Below, piece after piece: positions 37,498 to 51,556 of a stretch of DNA of 64,000 bases. The position numbers were made by a program, and so were the translations under genes. The stretch is from Octopus sinensis (lineage: Eukaryota): positions 48,298,001 through 48,362,000 of the forward strand of contig NC_043004.1 of assembly GCF_006345805.1 (NCBI RefSeq), in the 5' to 3' direction. A model generated the notes under the pieces. The model saw nothing but the letters and a program-made list of their open reading frames with translations, made no database searches and was not told where the DNA came from. How positions within the stretch are numbered: the first letter of the stretch is position 1; each line of letters starts with the position of its first letter.

Positions 37498-38892
37498 CAG
37501 GCGTCACCAATATACGGTATGAATCCAGCCCGCTGCCGCAGTGCAGCTTTTGTATAAGTAATGAGAGTTAATTCTTACAGCGATCGTGTTTTAACTTGCA
37601 TTGCCGTGTTTAAACCGGTTTGAAGAGTGCCGTATATAAAAGGGACTGACTTTAGTGAATTGTCACATATTTTGCATATTTGAGTGTTGAAAGAGCTCAC
37701 TAGAGGTAAGGATCTAATATTTTCAAACTTTGATATTCACTTAAACCCTATATAAGCGCCCTGTTTATACACTGAGTTATACATCGGCAAGTAGTTCTGG
37801 GGGAAAGATTTAGATATTTCTTGCGTGCTGAAACCAATCATTTCTATGGTGAACTTCATTGGGGTCATACACTTAATTACAGCTAGTTCCAAGCTTTTCT
37901 TGAAGAAATTTATTCTGAATTCTGTGATTAAACTTATCACACAGCAATGAGGTGACTCAGCTGCGGTAAAGTCCTGTTTCGTTTTTATAAGCTCCGAAAA
38001 GAAATATTTTTCTCACTGAAAGGATAGAGCTGATCCACTTCTCTCAGATCCTACCTTCTGTCAAAGTTGTCATTTTTTGGTTGATATCACATCCCACGTG
38101 AATGAATTGAACTTGAAGCTTCAGGGAAAGGATAACCTTAGCTGTGATCTCTACAAAATCATCAAAAGATTTCGCAGAAAGATATCTTTGTTTGAAGCAC
38201 AACTTGTAAGGGGGAACCTTCTCTCATTTTCAGTGTTTCAAATAGATATTTTGGAAGCGCAAATGTCACCCTCGAGTTTCCGTAGAATATTATTCGTAGA
38301 GATTTTCAGATCTCGACAGAATTGAGAATAACAGTCTTCTGTTCAAGAATCAGTTTGGTTGTAACCTTGGTGACGTGCCATAGGAACTACAGCTGGGCCT
38401 CATTGATTTGCAAGCAAATGACTTGTTGAAAGAGACGCACAGAGAAAGAAAATTTGTTGAATTTTATCGTTGCTTACCTGACGATGAGTTTTCAAAGTTG
38501 AAGAAATTTTTCTCTGGTATGGCATCAGTGTTTGGAACAACTTACGTTTGTAAGCAAACATTTTGCAAAAACGAAGTATGTGAAGTAAACACATCGAACA
38601 AGGTCGACTAATGAACATTTGAAAGCAGTTCTCTTGGTTGGGTGCAGCAATTCCAAAGCAAATGTTGATATCTTAAAAGCTAAACACCAGTTTCACAAAT
38701 CTCACTAACTTTGCTGCTTAGTTTGTGAGATTCGGATATGTGCGCCTTCTTTGATAACTTTTTGGCAAATAAATATGTCGGTTGTCTTTTTTCTAAGTAT
38801 TCACTGTATTGTATTGAACGAAATGGTTATGCGCCTGCGCTCGTCAATCTCAATTATCTGGCCTGCTGTGAAAAAAGTTCGGTGACCCCCCT
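37498..38892 (+). mobile_element. Internally deleted hAT Charlie/SPIN (GTF2IRD2-like) transposon
   Basis: Imperfect TIRs CAGGCGTCACCAA / TCGGTGACCCCCTG; TSD TATTAGAC / CATTAGAC; transposase remnants YHTAMR*LSCGKVL.RFYKLRKEI, VDITSHVNELNLKLQGK and FYRCLPDDEFSKLKKF..SVFGTTYVCKQTF. Confidence 0.9.
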
Positions 38893-39131
38893 GCATTAGA
38901 CCTACAATAAATCTCTTACCTTACCACCATCTACACAGATCTCTCACACACATGCTCGTTTTGATTGATATTGCTATTTTCCAATGAGCCAATCACTGCA
39001 TGTCTTTGTAGTAAGGGTCTAATACGATGCAGAACTAATACCTCAAGGGACTTCGTTCGTAAAGCACTGGTCCTCGTTTATTTATCAATAAGCAAGGTAC
39101 ACGCGCGCGCGCATACACACACACATATACG

Positions 39132-39173
<42 letters not shown>

Positions 39174-39619
39174 TAGGTCCTGGTAGGGTATTTCCAGAGA
39201 AACACCCCACCCCAATTCTGGGCTATCAACACTGTCGGGTTCCAAACCAAAACCGAAATTTTTTAAGTGTAGAAAATCCCGGTTTCACGACGGTAACACC
39301 GTTGTGTGCGTTTGGCAAATAGTAAATTATGATCGAAATAATACGAAGACAAAGAAATTTTTTAACGAATCGTTACAGTTGTTTCTGAACGGGGTGACAG
39401 CGTTAAGCAGTAACATGAATAGATACAAACTTTTACAATTTCAGACATGTTTGAGGCATATTCTGAACCCATACATCAAGATAGACACCCATATATATAT
39501 GACACATACATATACACACACAAGGACATAAACATATGTTTATATAATGTGTATACATAAATATATGTGTGACTGTGTAATACATATATTACAGTCACAC
39601 TTATAACAAAATCAGCGTT

Positions 39620-39790
39620 TTAACTTCCACTTTTCCATGCTTGCATGGGACTAACAGATTTGCTACAGTCGGATGCCCTTCTTGTTGCCAGCCCTTACTT
39701 GTTTCCAAGCAAGATAATAATTCCCCATGGCCAGACATGCTCTCGCAAAATATTGGGAAGGAATGACAATATTATGAGAGTGACAATCAT
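39620..39790 (-). mobile_element. RTE 3'-UTR-derived remnant
   Basis: TTCCATGCTTGCATGGG and GGATGCCCTTC match the reverse complement of the 58212-58842 tail. Confidence 0.55.
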
Positions 39791-39844
39791 TTACAACTAT
39801 CACACGATCTCAAAACAGGAAAACACAAACCCACACATATACAT

Positions 39845-40003
39845 ACGACAGTACTCTTTCAGTCTGTCTACCATATCTACTCACAAGGCTTTGTTTGGTC
39901 AGCCTGCAACTATAACAGAAGACGCTTGCCGAAGGTACTACGCAGAGGACTGAACTATGTGGTTGGAAAGCAAACTTCTTACTACAAACACACTCCTGTG
40001 CCT
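39845..40003 (-). mobile_element. SINE family A 5' half
   Basis: Reverse-complement head and core. Confidence 0.75.
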
Positions 40004-40008
40004 ATATA

Positions 40009-41238
40009 GAGGGGTTGGACAAAATAATGGAAACACCTTAAAATTTCAAACAAATTTATTTTAATATGGAGCAGGACCATCTTTGGTAGTAATTACAGCT
40101 TCAATTCTACGAGGTATGGACTTGTACAAAATTTGAATTGTTTCCAAAGGAATTTTTGTCCATTCTTCAGCTAAAACAGTCTCCAGTTCTTGTAGTGATG
40201 ATGATGGTGGAGGATATCAACCACTTACTTATTTTTCTAAAATGCACCATAAATGTTCAATAATATTGAGATCTGGGGACTGTGGTGGCCAGATAAGATG
40301 TTCAACTTCACTAGAATGTTCCTTGTGCCATTCAGTAACAACTTTAGCTGTGTGAATTGGTGCATTATCATCCTGAAAGATTGTGTTTCCCTCCGGAAAT
40401 AGTTCTGTAACCATAGGATGAATTTGATCAGATAAAATGCTTAAAAAGTCTTGACTATTAATTCTGCCATGAAGAAAAACCATTGGGCCGGCGGATTTCC
40501 AAGATATAGCCCCCACCCCCAGCCCGATCATCATAGGTCCTCCTCCATGTTTAACAGTTGGAAGAAGGCAGTTTGGGTCAAATGCTTCTTTTGGCTGTCT
40601 CGACACGTATACTCAGTCGGTGGTCGGAAATAAGGTAAAGGATGACCAATGGTGTAGGTTTTTACTCCACTCTAAACGCTTTGCAACGTTTGTTTTTGAA
40701 AGTAGTGATTTTCTGGTTGCAGCCCTCCTGTGAAATCCGGCTTTGTGCAGCTCCCGGCAAGCAGTTTTTGTGGAAACTGGGTTCTTGAGGTGGTCCTTAA
40801 CATCTGTAGTCATTTCGGGAGCTGTACTTTTGTGAGCCTTTCTAACAATTCATGTAAGAGTCCGACGGTCACTATTTAAAAGTTTTGGTTTTCTTCCGGA
40901 GTTTTGTTTCAACGAGGTTTTTCCCCCTCTCTCTCTCAAAGACTGTCGCTACATTTGAGACAGTATTTCTTGATTCACCAAACATTTCGACTGTTTTCGT
41001 TACGCTAGCGCCTGCCATGCAATTTGACCTCTTCGAAAGTCCGATAGATCTGTCATTTTAATGAATTTTAATTACCTTTTTCTGATGATAACTGAAAAGA
41101 AACACCAATTTTAGCAAAACATATTAAGCAACACTAATAATAAATCTGAAAACATAAAAATAAACAAGCTTTTGACGGTTTTATAGATATTTCAAAATTA
41201 TGATGCTATGATGTTTCCATTATTTTGTCCAACCCCTG
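40009..41238 (-). mobile_element. Tc1-family transposon, defective, DD36E spacing
   Basis: About 27-bp TIRs (C/G)AGGGGTTGGACAAAATAATGGAAACA flanked by TA; ORF fragments PTVKHGGG, FQDDNAPIH..WPPQSPDLNIIEHLW and N-terminal RELHKAGFHRRAATRK. Confidence 0.95.
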
Positions 41239-41274
41239 TAATATATAGACATAATATATACATAAACATACAAA

Positions 41275-41280
<6 letters not shown>

Positions 41281-41316
<36 letters not shown>

Positions 41317-41351
41317 GAGTTTGTTAGCTGTTAACTTAATCAAAGATTGCG

Positions 41352-41400
<49 letters not shown>

Positions 41401-41540
41401 CACACACACACCGCAATCTTTGATTAAGTTAACAGCTAACAAACTCCACACATATATATATATATATATAATATATATATACACACACACACACACCGCA
41501 ATCTTTGATTAAGTTAACAGCTAACAAACTCCACACATAT
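41281..41540. repeat. Fold-back palindrome plus direct duplication of a 37-bp unique core
   Basis: GGAGTTTGTTAGCTGTTAACTTAATCAAAGATTGCGG at 41316-41352; exact reverse complements at 41411-41447 and 41496-41532. Confidence 0.95.
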
Positions 41541-42179
41541 TTCCTGAGAGCAGCATAGTGAGATCGAATCTGAACTACACAACTACAAAGTGACTTTCTT
41601 AGCAATGCAGCCAGGTCTCTATCCATGATTAACTCTAGGAAACCTTTACAAGTGGGTTTGTAATCTATGCCAACATACACACACAAACGTTGCCCTGGTC
41701 TCAATTTCCAGTTAGAATTCCAGTATGAATGACACTGAAATTTTGACAAATAAAGTGTAGGTGTGATTTGAGGGGCATTTGGATTGTATGTCTAACAAAC
41801 CAAGCGGCCGTGTAGAGAAAGCATGGACAACCTTTCTTTGAGAAGAGAGGCACATGAGACATAACTCATGATCAAGCAAGTAGCGTCACGGAAAAAAAAA
41901 ATTCAAGCTATTTTTCTGTTAGATGTATCCTTCACAATGTCGCACAGACTGCAGGTTGCCCACGATTGATGTGGAGCTTCCCTTGTCTCATCTACCAAGC
42001 TGGTATCTCTGAGGTTTTAAGCTCAGTCTGAGCTGGCAATCAGCTTAGTCCTAGTTGCAATCTAACATGAAGTAGCAATGTCATGAACAAAGCAAATTAA
42101 TAGTACTGTTGTGTTTAGTGATAAAAAAACCCACTACTACACAACCACAATGCAAAGCGCAAAGATAAAAAGCAGAGGA

Positions 42180-42327
42180 GCCGAGGTCGACTTTCACTTT
42201 CATCCTTTCAGGGTCGATAAATTAAGTACCAGTTACGCACTGGGGTCGATGTAATCGACTTAATCCCTCTGTCTGTCCTTGTTTGTCCTCTCTGTGTTTA
42301 GCCCCTTGTGGGTAGTAAAGAAATAAG
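42180..42327 (+). mobile_element. SINE family B variant with a different 3' end
   Basis: CCGAGGTCGACTTT..CTTTCATCCTTTC..GGGGTCGATGTAATCGACTTAA followed by a distinct tail (CCCCTTGTGGGTAGTAAAGAAATA). Confidence 0.8.
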
Positions 42328-42541
42328 TATGGTGTATAACCAGACTAAAGTGGAGTCAATGGCTGGTTACTCAATATTTGAGAAATTGTTTTCCAAATTT
42401 CCCTCAAATTTCTTTCTGTATTAATAGAAAGACTAAAGTGGATCCAGATACACAAGTGTGCTCACATCAGTCCAAGATACACAAGCCCTGAAAACAGGAG
42501 TGTAGTCACAGAGCTAAATACTATAACAATAACTAAACATA

Positions 42542-42760
42542 CAAAGGGGGGCTGAAAAGTTCCTGGCTTTAGACAAAAGTAAATACAGGGGTAGGGATCA
42601 TTTAATTAGGACTTTATTCAGTATATTACCTTCAGATTCACACACATATTGTAGCAGTCCTTCAATTTTTCTAAGCCCTGCAAAAGAGCTAGAAAAGTAG
42701 AGCCTCCAGCTAGGCCTTTCGCAATACCCTTAAAGTCAGGGACTTTTCAGCACCCCTTCA
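42542..42760. mobile_element. Mariner-type MITE
   Basis: About 30-bp imperfect TIRs CAAAGGGGGGCTGAAAAGTTCCTGGCTTTA / TAAAGTCAGGGACTTTTCAGCACCCCTTCA, TA on both sides. Confidence 0.85.
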
Positions 42761-44006
42761 TAAGTACACTGAACACAAGAATAAATCAAATACTTAAGGA
42801 TGTCTCAAAAAGTAGCACACTTCAATATTTATCAAACTTTCGTCCTACAACAAAAATTTACCATTAAAAGAATCTGAAAAATGAAACACAAACACACACA
42901 TATATAAATATATCTCAGATAATTTCAAAAGTGAAGGCCAGAGATATAAAGAAAGCATTGACTACATTTCCAAGTTGTGTTTATTGATGTTTTAGTGTAC
43001 AATTTCAAGAGTGACTTGCATCTAGTTGCCAGGATTCACCCAAATTCAATCCAGGTAGGGAGAGAAATTTAACTTATTATTATTACTAATCAGTTCGGCC
43101 CAGACATGTTGAATTGAAGAGTTTCGCCGGATGAATACAGTCGTATTGGTCAAGTAGTGTTAATATAAAATGACCAAAATATACCTGGAGTTTACTTTGT
43201 CCAGTCTACGTTGCAGTGAATGAACTCAAGTGGATGGTCTGAAGTGAAGAGAAAGAGCCATAGAAATGAGCAAAGCTTGGCCAGTAAACTTATGAGTAAA
43301 AAAATAGAAGTGTTTAATGTCCTTATATCTTTTTTTTTTTTTTTTAGTGGGTGATTGGGTTAATGAGGGCTACCTAATGAAACCGGTTCTGTTTTACGTT
43401 GACTTGACCCCTTTACCATCCAGCCAGACAGTTCCAATACTACTAGCACTACTAAAGGGCAACCCCAAAGGAAAGGGAGACAAGAGAGAAAAGACAAAAA
43501 AACCTTAAAACTAAAAAGAGAGACATGTTTGTCAGTGTCAGAGTTATTCCCCTTGTTACATTTTCATAGAAAATACTCCAGCTGTCCTCCCTCTTACACG
43601 GAAGCTCCACTCCGATGCATCTCAAGAGTCGCACCAAGTAACAACTCCTACGAGAAGAGAACCGTGAAAGACCTCCTAGAATGTACATTTCCTGGGTGTA
43701 CACCAGCAAGTATTTGGACAACAGGAAATACTTAGAATAGAGAAAGTCTCGTCTTACAAACATGTAGGAAGATGAGGCCGGAATAAGATGGTCGGGTGGG
43801 GTCGGGGGATACATTAGTACTATTCTACTACTACAACTACTACAGGTATCTCCTATCATCACTACAAGAGATCATTTAAGCCACTCACTGCTAGGTGGGG
43901 GAGGGGGAAAGGTTCAGTCTCTCATTACTGAAGGATGTGCTGTAGAGATGTAAAATTATAGAAATATACACAGTATATATATATGTATGTATGTATACAC
44001 ATATAC

Positions 44007-44037
<31 letters not shown>

Positions 44038-45368
44038 GTCACACACATCTATAAATATGTATTTGTATGTGTGCATATATATACATACGATTATATATAT
44101 ATACATACACATATATACATACATATATACACACACACATATTCACATGTTATATGCATTATATATATTATATATATATATGTACACACATGTATGTATA
44201 TATATGTAATATATATATATATATACACATACACACACATACTCACAAACGTGTGTGTGTATATATATATACATATATAAACATACACACTATCACACTC
44301 ACATATTTATATATATATATGTGTGGTGTGTGTGTGTGTGTATACACACATATATACTATATATTATACACATGTATACTTACAGATATATTTAGAAAAC
44401 ATTTTCTTTACAAGAGAAACTGTACAATAAATAAGAAACCAGAAATATGGAGAGCACAAAACAAGGGAAATAACTGAAACTAGTTCAAGTTAGAGGGTTT
44501 AGTTTTTAGTCGAAAATAATGTGATTGAGGTAATTTTGGTCTGTTTTCTTAAGTCATGATTATGGTTGGACCTGGGGGTACCAAACATACATAGACACAT
44601 TCACACGAAATGATGGCTGGCACCGGGGGAGCCAAAGACACACACAAACGTATTATATATATATATATTATATATTATATATATATATATATACATACAT
44701 ACACACACACACGCATCCATACATATACAAATGTGCTTATATACATAAAATATATATATATATAGTATAGACATACACACGTATTAATACTTATATAAAT
44801 GTGTACATATATATATATTTACATATACATATATACAAACACACATACCATATAGTAATGTATTACACACAATTGTATGTGTATTTACGTGTATATATTT
44901 ATATATGAATGTATACACACATTATGCAGGTGTACACACAATCCATTTTGTATGTGTGTACGTGAGCATATATATATATGTGTATGTTTGTATATATATA
45001 TATGTATGTATGTATACACATATACATATATATATGTATATATACACATATATTACATACACACACACACATATATATACATACATACATACATATTTGT
45101 AGCAATACACTATGTTTACAACACTGACCAATACTGCTATGTGACTCCAGTAAAGCTACATTCTTCCCCCCTCGAATTGTGTGAGAAGACAGACAGACAG
45201 ATACCTTGATTTCAAAGTGTGTGAAGAGGATGAGGAGGGGGGGAGGATGAGGAGATAGACCAAACTTAAAAGTCAGAGGAGGAACAGACATCTATTACCA
45301 GTTAAGTCGCAGATGGAGTATGACATGGAAGAAAAAATAGAATAGATGAGGCAGCTTTGTTCTTTAGT

Positions 45369-45402
<34 letters not shown>

Positions 45403-47248
45403 TGAGCATGTGTGCGCGTGAGTGTGTGTGTGTGTGTGCAATGTAAGTCGAAGGAAATATAATTTTTTTTTTTTTACAAGGTTTCTCAATGATGAAAAGT
45501 ATTCACAGAATCATTAAAGGAAACAATATGAACGCAACAAAAAAAATTGATGTGAAAACACTTGAAGAAGCAGGTGTGTCTTGTAGGGAGACTAGTTTTT
45601 TTTGTTTTGGTTTTTTTTTTTTGCTTTTCTTTTTTTTTTTTTACAGTAAGCCACCATTCTTCAAATCGGTTATCACCCAGCAAGGGGAGAAGTATGAGGA
45701 TGGATGTGAATCTTCAGTGATGGTATGATATGTAGGAGGATGTGTTGGAAACAAGGAGCAAAGATCAGCTATCAGTTATGACATAGATGTGGTGGTGGAT
45801 GGGTTGGTTGTTGTTTTTTCCTTTTCCTAGATGCATTCTGTTTTTCTTCTTCACATGTATATATTACACCATAAGTAATAAAAGCAACGTCAACAGCTTG
45901 TTAATTAGGCTTTTCAGGCCACTGTTGTACAAGGAGGACATTGTCATTATATTACTGGTACTTATTTTAATAGCCCAAAAGGGATGTGACCTCGGCGGGA
46001 TTATAAAGCTTAGGTCCAAGATGATGGACTGAAACTAGTTACTGTAAGACATTTAATTTGGTATTCTGCTGTCACAGTCATCACCATCTTCAAGTGTAAT
46101 GATAATAATAATAATCTGTAATGACAAATGGACATGAAGACATTAAGAGAATCAAAACAGATGGACACAAGAGAGATGAAGGGTACCGGAAGTACATCCA
46201 GGAAACAGAGAACCACAAGAATATGGATGACAGGTGAGTAAAAAGTCTGGATGGTTGGGGAGAGGGGGCTTGAAGGGAGTCCTCAGAAGAAAACAAAAAT
46301 GATAAATATTACTAACTTACACATAAACATACATATATGTAGACACTGTCCATATTATACCTATATACATAATGCATGCCTGCTTTACACACACGTCCCT
46401 ATATCTAAATGCATACATACAAACATATATACATGTTCAGAAACAGAGAGAGAGAGAGAGAGAGAAAGAGAGGGAGGGAGAGAGAGAGAGAGAGAGAGAA
46501 AGAGAGGGAGGGAGAGAGAGAGAGAGAGAGATTTCTTAGAAACTCAGACACCCCAATTAATTTTGACAGAGATCTTATTGTCTGTGTTAAATCAAATGTC
46601 ATACAGAGCTATTATTTTAATAAGACTAATATCTAACAATATATATATAGAACTATTGTCGTAGTACAACTATTTTATGATATCCAGAACTAGTCTTAAC
46701 ATAGCTGCTCTTTTGATATTATAATAAATCAATAACATAGCCTAATGATCATCATGATATGCTGGACTAATCTCTTAACATACTACATTCCATAGAATAC
46801 CAAAACTACTAACAATGATATTATACAAAACTAATATCTTAACATATTCCCAATATTGCATTATCATACAGAAGTAAGTCCTAAGTATATAACCACCATA
46901 TAATGAGGTTATACAGTATTGATATCTTAAACAGTACCTTCTATTATCACACATAAACAATTTCTTAATAGCAAACACTAGTGTAATACACAGCTAATGT
47001 CTTAACCTTATGATATACAGAATCAATGTCTTAATATAACCATAGTTTGATTTGATACCATACAGAACCAATTTTAACAAACCACCACACTATGATATCC
47101 ATAAAGAACCAGTCATAACCATCAGCTTATGATGTCTTAAAGAACCAGTCATAACTGAAGTCTTATGTGACTCAGCTTTAATACAGGATTTTATTATTAT
47201 TATTGGAATTTTTTTTTTTCAGTTTGTTTCCTGTTTATTTGTGTTTTG

Positions 47249-47313
47249 TTATTCCACAAGATGTGGTGTTGGGGTGGGTAAGGGCTGCAATGGTTGAAGT
47301 TCATGGTATTGTC
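47249..47313 (-). CDS. Candidate terminal coding exon of an unidentified host gene
   Basis: Strong acceptor CTTTCATTTTTTTCAG; phase-1 frame (G)QYHELQPLQPLPTPTPHLVE*; AATAAA shortly downstream. Confidence 0.4.
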
Positions 47314-48043
47314 CTGAAAAAAATGAAAGTGTGCTGGGGAAAATAGCAACAACCTTTTCGATAGTGTCGACTACAGCACTGAATAATGTCTTCTGCCAGC
47401 CATGAATGCTTTGGTGTTTTAAAATCATATATGGTATCGCAAGGTTGTCAAGTCGGTCGTTGTTTGGAGAAGTTTCCACAAAATTATGTCAGAGTACATT
47501 GTTTTATGGACAGTTTACTTTATTCATATTTCTTTTAAAATAGTTTTTTTTTCCCCATATTGTTTTGTTTTTTTTCATGAAAAGACAAAAAAAAAATAAT
47601 AATCCTTAACCAGCATGCAACCATGCTTTAAAATGATGTGGATGATGGTGTTGAAAACGGTCTTCAATTTGTGTCCACTCGACACTGAAAAACCATACTA
47701 AGTCTATACCAACAGGTAACAATATGTATGGCCAAGTGTAATAAAAGAAATTGAATTTTTTTTTTTGCATTTTCTTCCTTTATGATTTTTATTTTCTTTT
47801 TCATCATTTTTTAATTTTTTATTTATATTTTATTTTATTTTTTTTTTAGAAAATAAACCCCATTAGCAGTTAAAATTGAATGTTTTACACAGCATTGGTG
47901 ACAGGAGCCTTTTGACAGCAATTGCCAGGTTTTGTTCAGAAGCTGTGCTCTCACAGCAAGTGTGCAGGTCAGACAAAGAAAGTTACATTCATCTGTTTTG
48001 CAAGCAAAAGATCCGTTGTAGAAATCTTTTCACAACCTTTTAC

Positions 48044-48084
48044 CTTCGTTTTCATTCATCTTCTCCCAGTCAATGCTGACCACG
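48044..48084 (-). CDS. Candidate 41-nt coding exon
   Basis: Acceptor CACTTCTATATTTCAG, donor AAG|GTAAAA; only one frame open (VVSIDWEKMNENE), ending in the phase needed by the 47313 exon. Confidence 0.45.
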
Positions 48085-48522
48085 CTGAAATATAGAAGTG
48101 CCAAAATTATTCGAGTCAATGCGATGTAGTAAAATATACATAAAAGTGGTGCACTTATTCAATGCACAGCATTAAGTAGTGTGTGCAGCAGCAGCAGCAG
48201 CAGACTGCAATGGTACTGTAAGTGCATGTGCCCCAAACTGTGGAGATGAAACACCCTGAAGCGAGAATGGAAAACAGATACTAACTCATCAGAGAGCAAC
48301 TTCTTTTCACATCATTCATACACACATATACCTATACAGATGTATATACGTTCACGTGTGCGACCATGTGTATCGAGTGCATATAAATACACACACACAC
48401 TCATTCATATATACATATGTGTATATATTACTTACATATATATTTATTATACATACAAGCATGCATGTATGTGTGTGTGTGTGTATGTGCACACATTTAT
48501 TATGTACACACAAACACAATAG

Positions 48523-48554
<32 letters not shown>

Positions 48555-49746
48555 GTACATACACACATGCATCTGCACATGCACGCACACATAGAGAAAG
48601 ACATAAAATGTAGGATAGCAAAATGAACAGATTCTGAATAATTCCAACTATTGCTTGGAAATGTCAAATTGAAAATGATATAGATGGATGGATGGAGAGA
48701 GAGAGAGAGAGAGACAGAAGAAGAGAGGTAGATAGTAAGTGAGACAGAATAAAATGGTGAGAGATGAAAAGAATTATTTATGGTGAAGACAAAGAAAAGA
48801 TAATGTTCAAGATGATGATGATGATGATGATGAAGATTCTGGCAACAATGACAATGATGATTCAGAGCCAATAAGAAGCAATGATGAGATTGGAGTTGAA
48901 AGATGTGAAAAATATACACGAGTATTAAGTGAAAAGAGAGAGAGAGATAGAGACAGACAGACAGACAGCAAAGAGAGAGTAGTAATAGTAGTAGTGGTGG
49001 TGATGGTAGTTGTAGCACAATAACATATCCATGAGAAAGCATGTGAGAAAATTGAAGGTGATAATTGGTGGTATCTGTCAGTGGAATCTCTGCAATAACA
49101 ATAGTTACATCATATAATGATTAGAAAGGCATCTTGTGAAATGTGTGAGAATTAAGAGCTTTTGTGGACATTTTTCACTGACAATGAATGTACAGACATT
49201 CGCACGCACACAAATGTTGCTTTGACTTTCTCATCTCCAACATCTTGGAGCAAAAACATCGGACCGTCACCGACCAAACAGAAATAGAAAAAATAACAAA
49301 AGACTTGTGGAAATGTCCCATATGTTTGGAAAACAAAAGCGGAGGAGGTGGCTGCCGGTAAACTAAACTGGACACATTTGTCACACTGTTTATAAATCTG
49401 TTTCCATTTCAAAAAAGACTTTTAGACCTGAACGGAGATGTTGAAAATCCCCCATTTCACTAAATACATCAAACTGGATGTAGCAATTGGTAGGAAAGGC
49501 TGGTTTGTAAGGAGGGTGAGCAAGAAGGGAGGAAGCTGCCATTTATAAGATTTTCTATGCAAGTTGTACATACATACACACACACACATAAATATACATA
49601 CGTGTATTACATACACAGAATTATGAACATAAATTAGGGAGAATTGAAATTAAAAGAAACAAAAATCAATAACAGTGGAAAGGTCATGACATTCAAGCAA
49701 TCCAAGGGTGACAGGGATCAGGGCAATGGTAGTAGCAGTGATGAGG

Positions 49747-49787
<41 letters not shown>

Positions 49788-49964
49788 CAATAGTAGTGGT
49801 AGTGATAAGTAGTAGTGGTAGTAATAGCAGTGGTGGTGGTGTTTGTAGTAATAGTAGTAGTAGTGGTAAGTGATAGCAGTGGCACTGGTCAGTGGCTGGG
49901 TGATGAGGTGAAGGGAGGGCTTACCGTTTGAAAAACTTATGGCTACGACAAATGAAAAAAGATA

Positions 49965-50012
49965 TATATATGTACATATATATATACATATATATACACA
50001 TATATACATACA

Positions 50013-50048
<36 letters not shown>

Positions 50049-50490
50049 CATACATATATACATATACATACATATACATACATATATACATACATACATA
50101 TATATATATACATATATATACATATATAATATATATATATACATATATATACATATACATATATACATATACATATATATATATATATACACACACACAT
50201 ATATATATATATAACATATATATATATACATATATATATATACACATATATATATACACACATATATATATACACATATATATATACATATATACATATA
50301 CATACATATATATATACACACACATATATATATATATATACATATATACATATACATATATATATATACACATATATACATACATACATATATATATATA
50401 TACACATATATATATACATATATATACACATATATATACACACACATATATATATATATACATATATATACACATATATATACACACACA

Positions 50491-50522
<32 letters not shown>

Positions 50523-50880
50523 CATAATAGATCATGGAAAATAAGATGGTAAAAACATCGAAGTGAACTCTACAGCTATAGTTGAAAACCTTCACTGCAC
50601 ATATAATATATATATATATATACATACACACACACACACACTCTCTCACAGAGGTGAGCATGTGCATACACACATACAAATTTATACATACATGCATATG
50701 TATGTGTCCCTGTACCTGTACAGGGGGAGTCTACTGACGAAATGGTATGCCATGCTTGTTAGCTTATGGCATGGTATAACATGCATATACATACATACAA
50801 GTATGTATATGCATGCAACTTCTCAGGAGATTAAAAAAACAATCAGCAGCAGTGAAAAAGACTATGTGCATGTCAATGTA

Positions 50881-50926
<46 letters not shown>

Positions 50927-50943
50927 ATACATATATGTGTGTA

Positions 50944-50995
<52 letters not shown>

Positions 50996-51055
50996 CATAT
51001 ATATATACATACATATATATATATACATACATATATGTGTGTATGTGTGTGTGTG

Positions 51056-51111
<56 letters not shown>

Positions 51112-51169
51112 CATATATATATACATACATATATATATATACATATATATATGTGTGTATGTGTGTGTA

Positions 51170-51202
<33 letters not shown>

Positions 51203-51282
51203 CTATATATATATATGTGTGTATGTGTGTGTATATATATACATATATATATATACAATATATATATATATATATACATATA

Positions 51283-51323
<41 letters not shown>

Positions 51324-51405
51324 GTAAATATGTATATATATATATATATGTGTGTGTGTATATATATATATATATAATATATATATATACATATATATAT
51401 ATATA

Positions 51406-51468
<63 letters not shown>

Positions 51469-51500
51469 GTGTCTATATATATATATGTATATGTATGTAT
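49965..51500. repeat. Very long (TA)/(CA)/(TG) compound microsatellite arrays (about 49965-50525 and 50880-51500)
   Basis: Directly visible; source of all I/Y/V/C ORFs here. Confidence 0.95.
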
Positions 51501-51514
51501 GTATTACAATTTAC

Positions 51515-51556
51515 AGGTTGTTGCTTGGCTGTGGATAGCAGGTTTTGAGTTCTTTT
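51515..51556 (-). CDS. Candidate 42-nt exon
   Basis: Long polypyrimidine acceptor TTTTGACCCTCCTTTTTCTACCTTTAG, donor CCT|GTAAAT; all frames open; phase-2 reading [13 protein letters not shown]. Confidence 0.3.

Noticed and set aside
43330-43860. 136-aa minus ORF ending near a poly(A)-like tract
   Set aside because: No recognisable motif; probably a decayed retroelement, but the family cannot be supported
49180-49365. Plus-frame KDLWKCPICLENK, resembling the start of a RING finger
   Set aside because: The frame stops 8 codons later, there are no further Cys/His ligands, and splice support is weak
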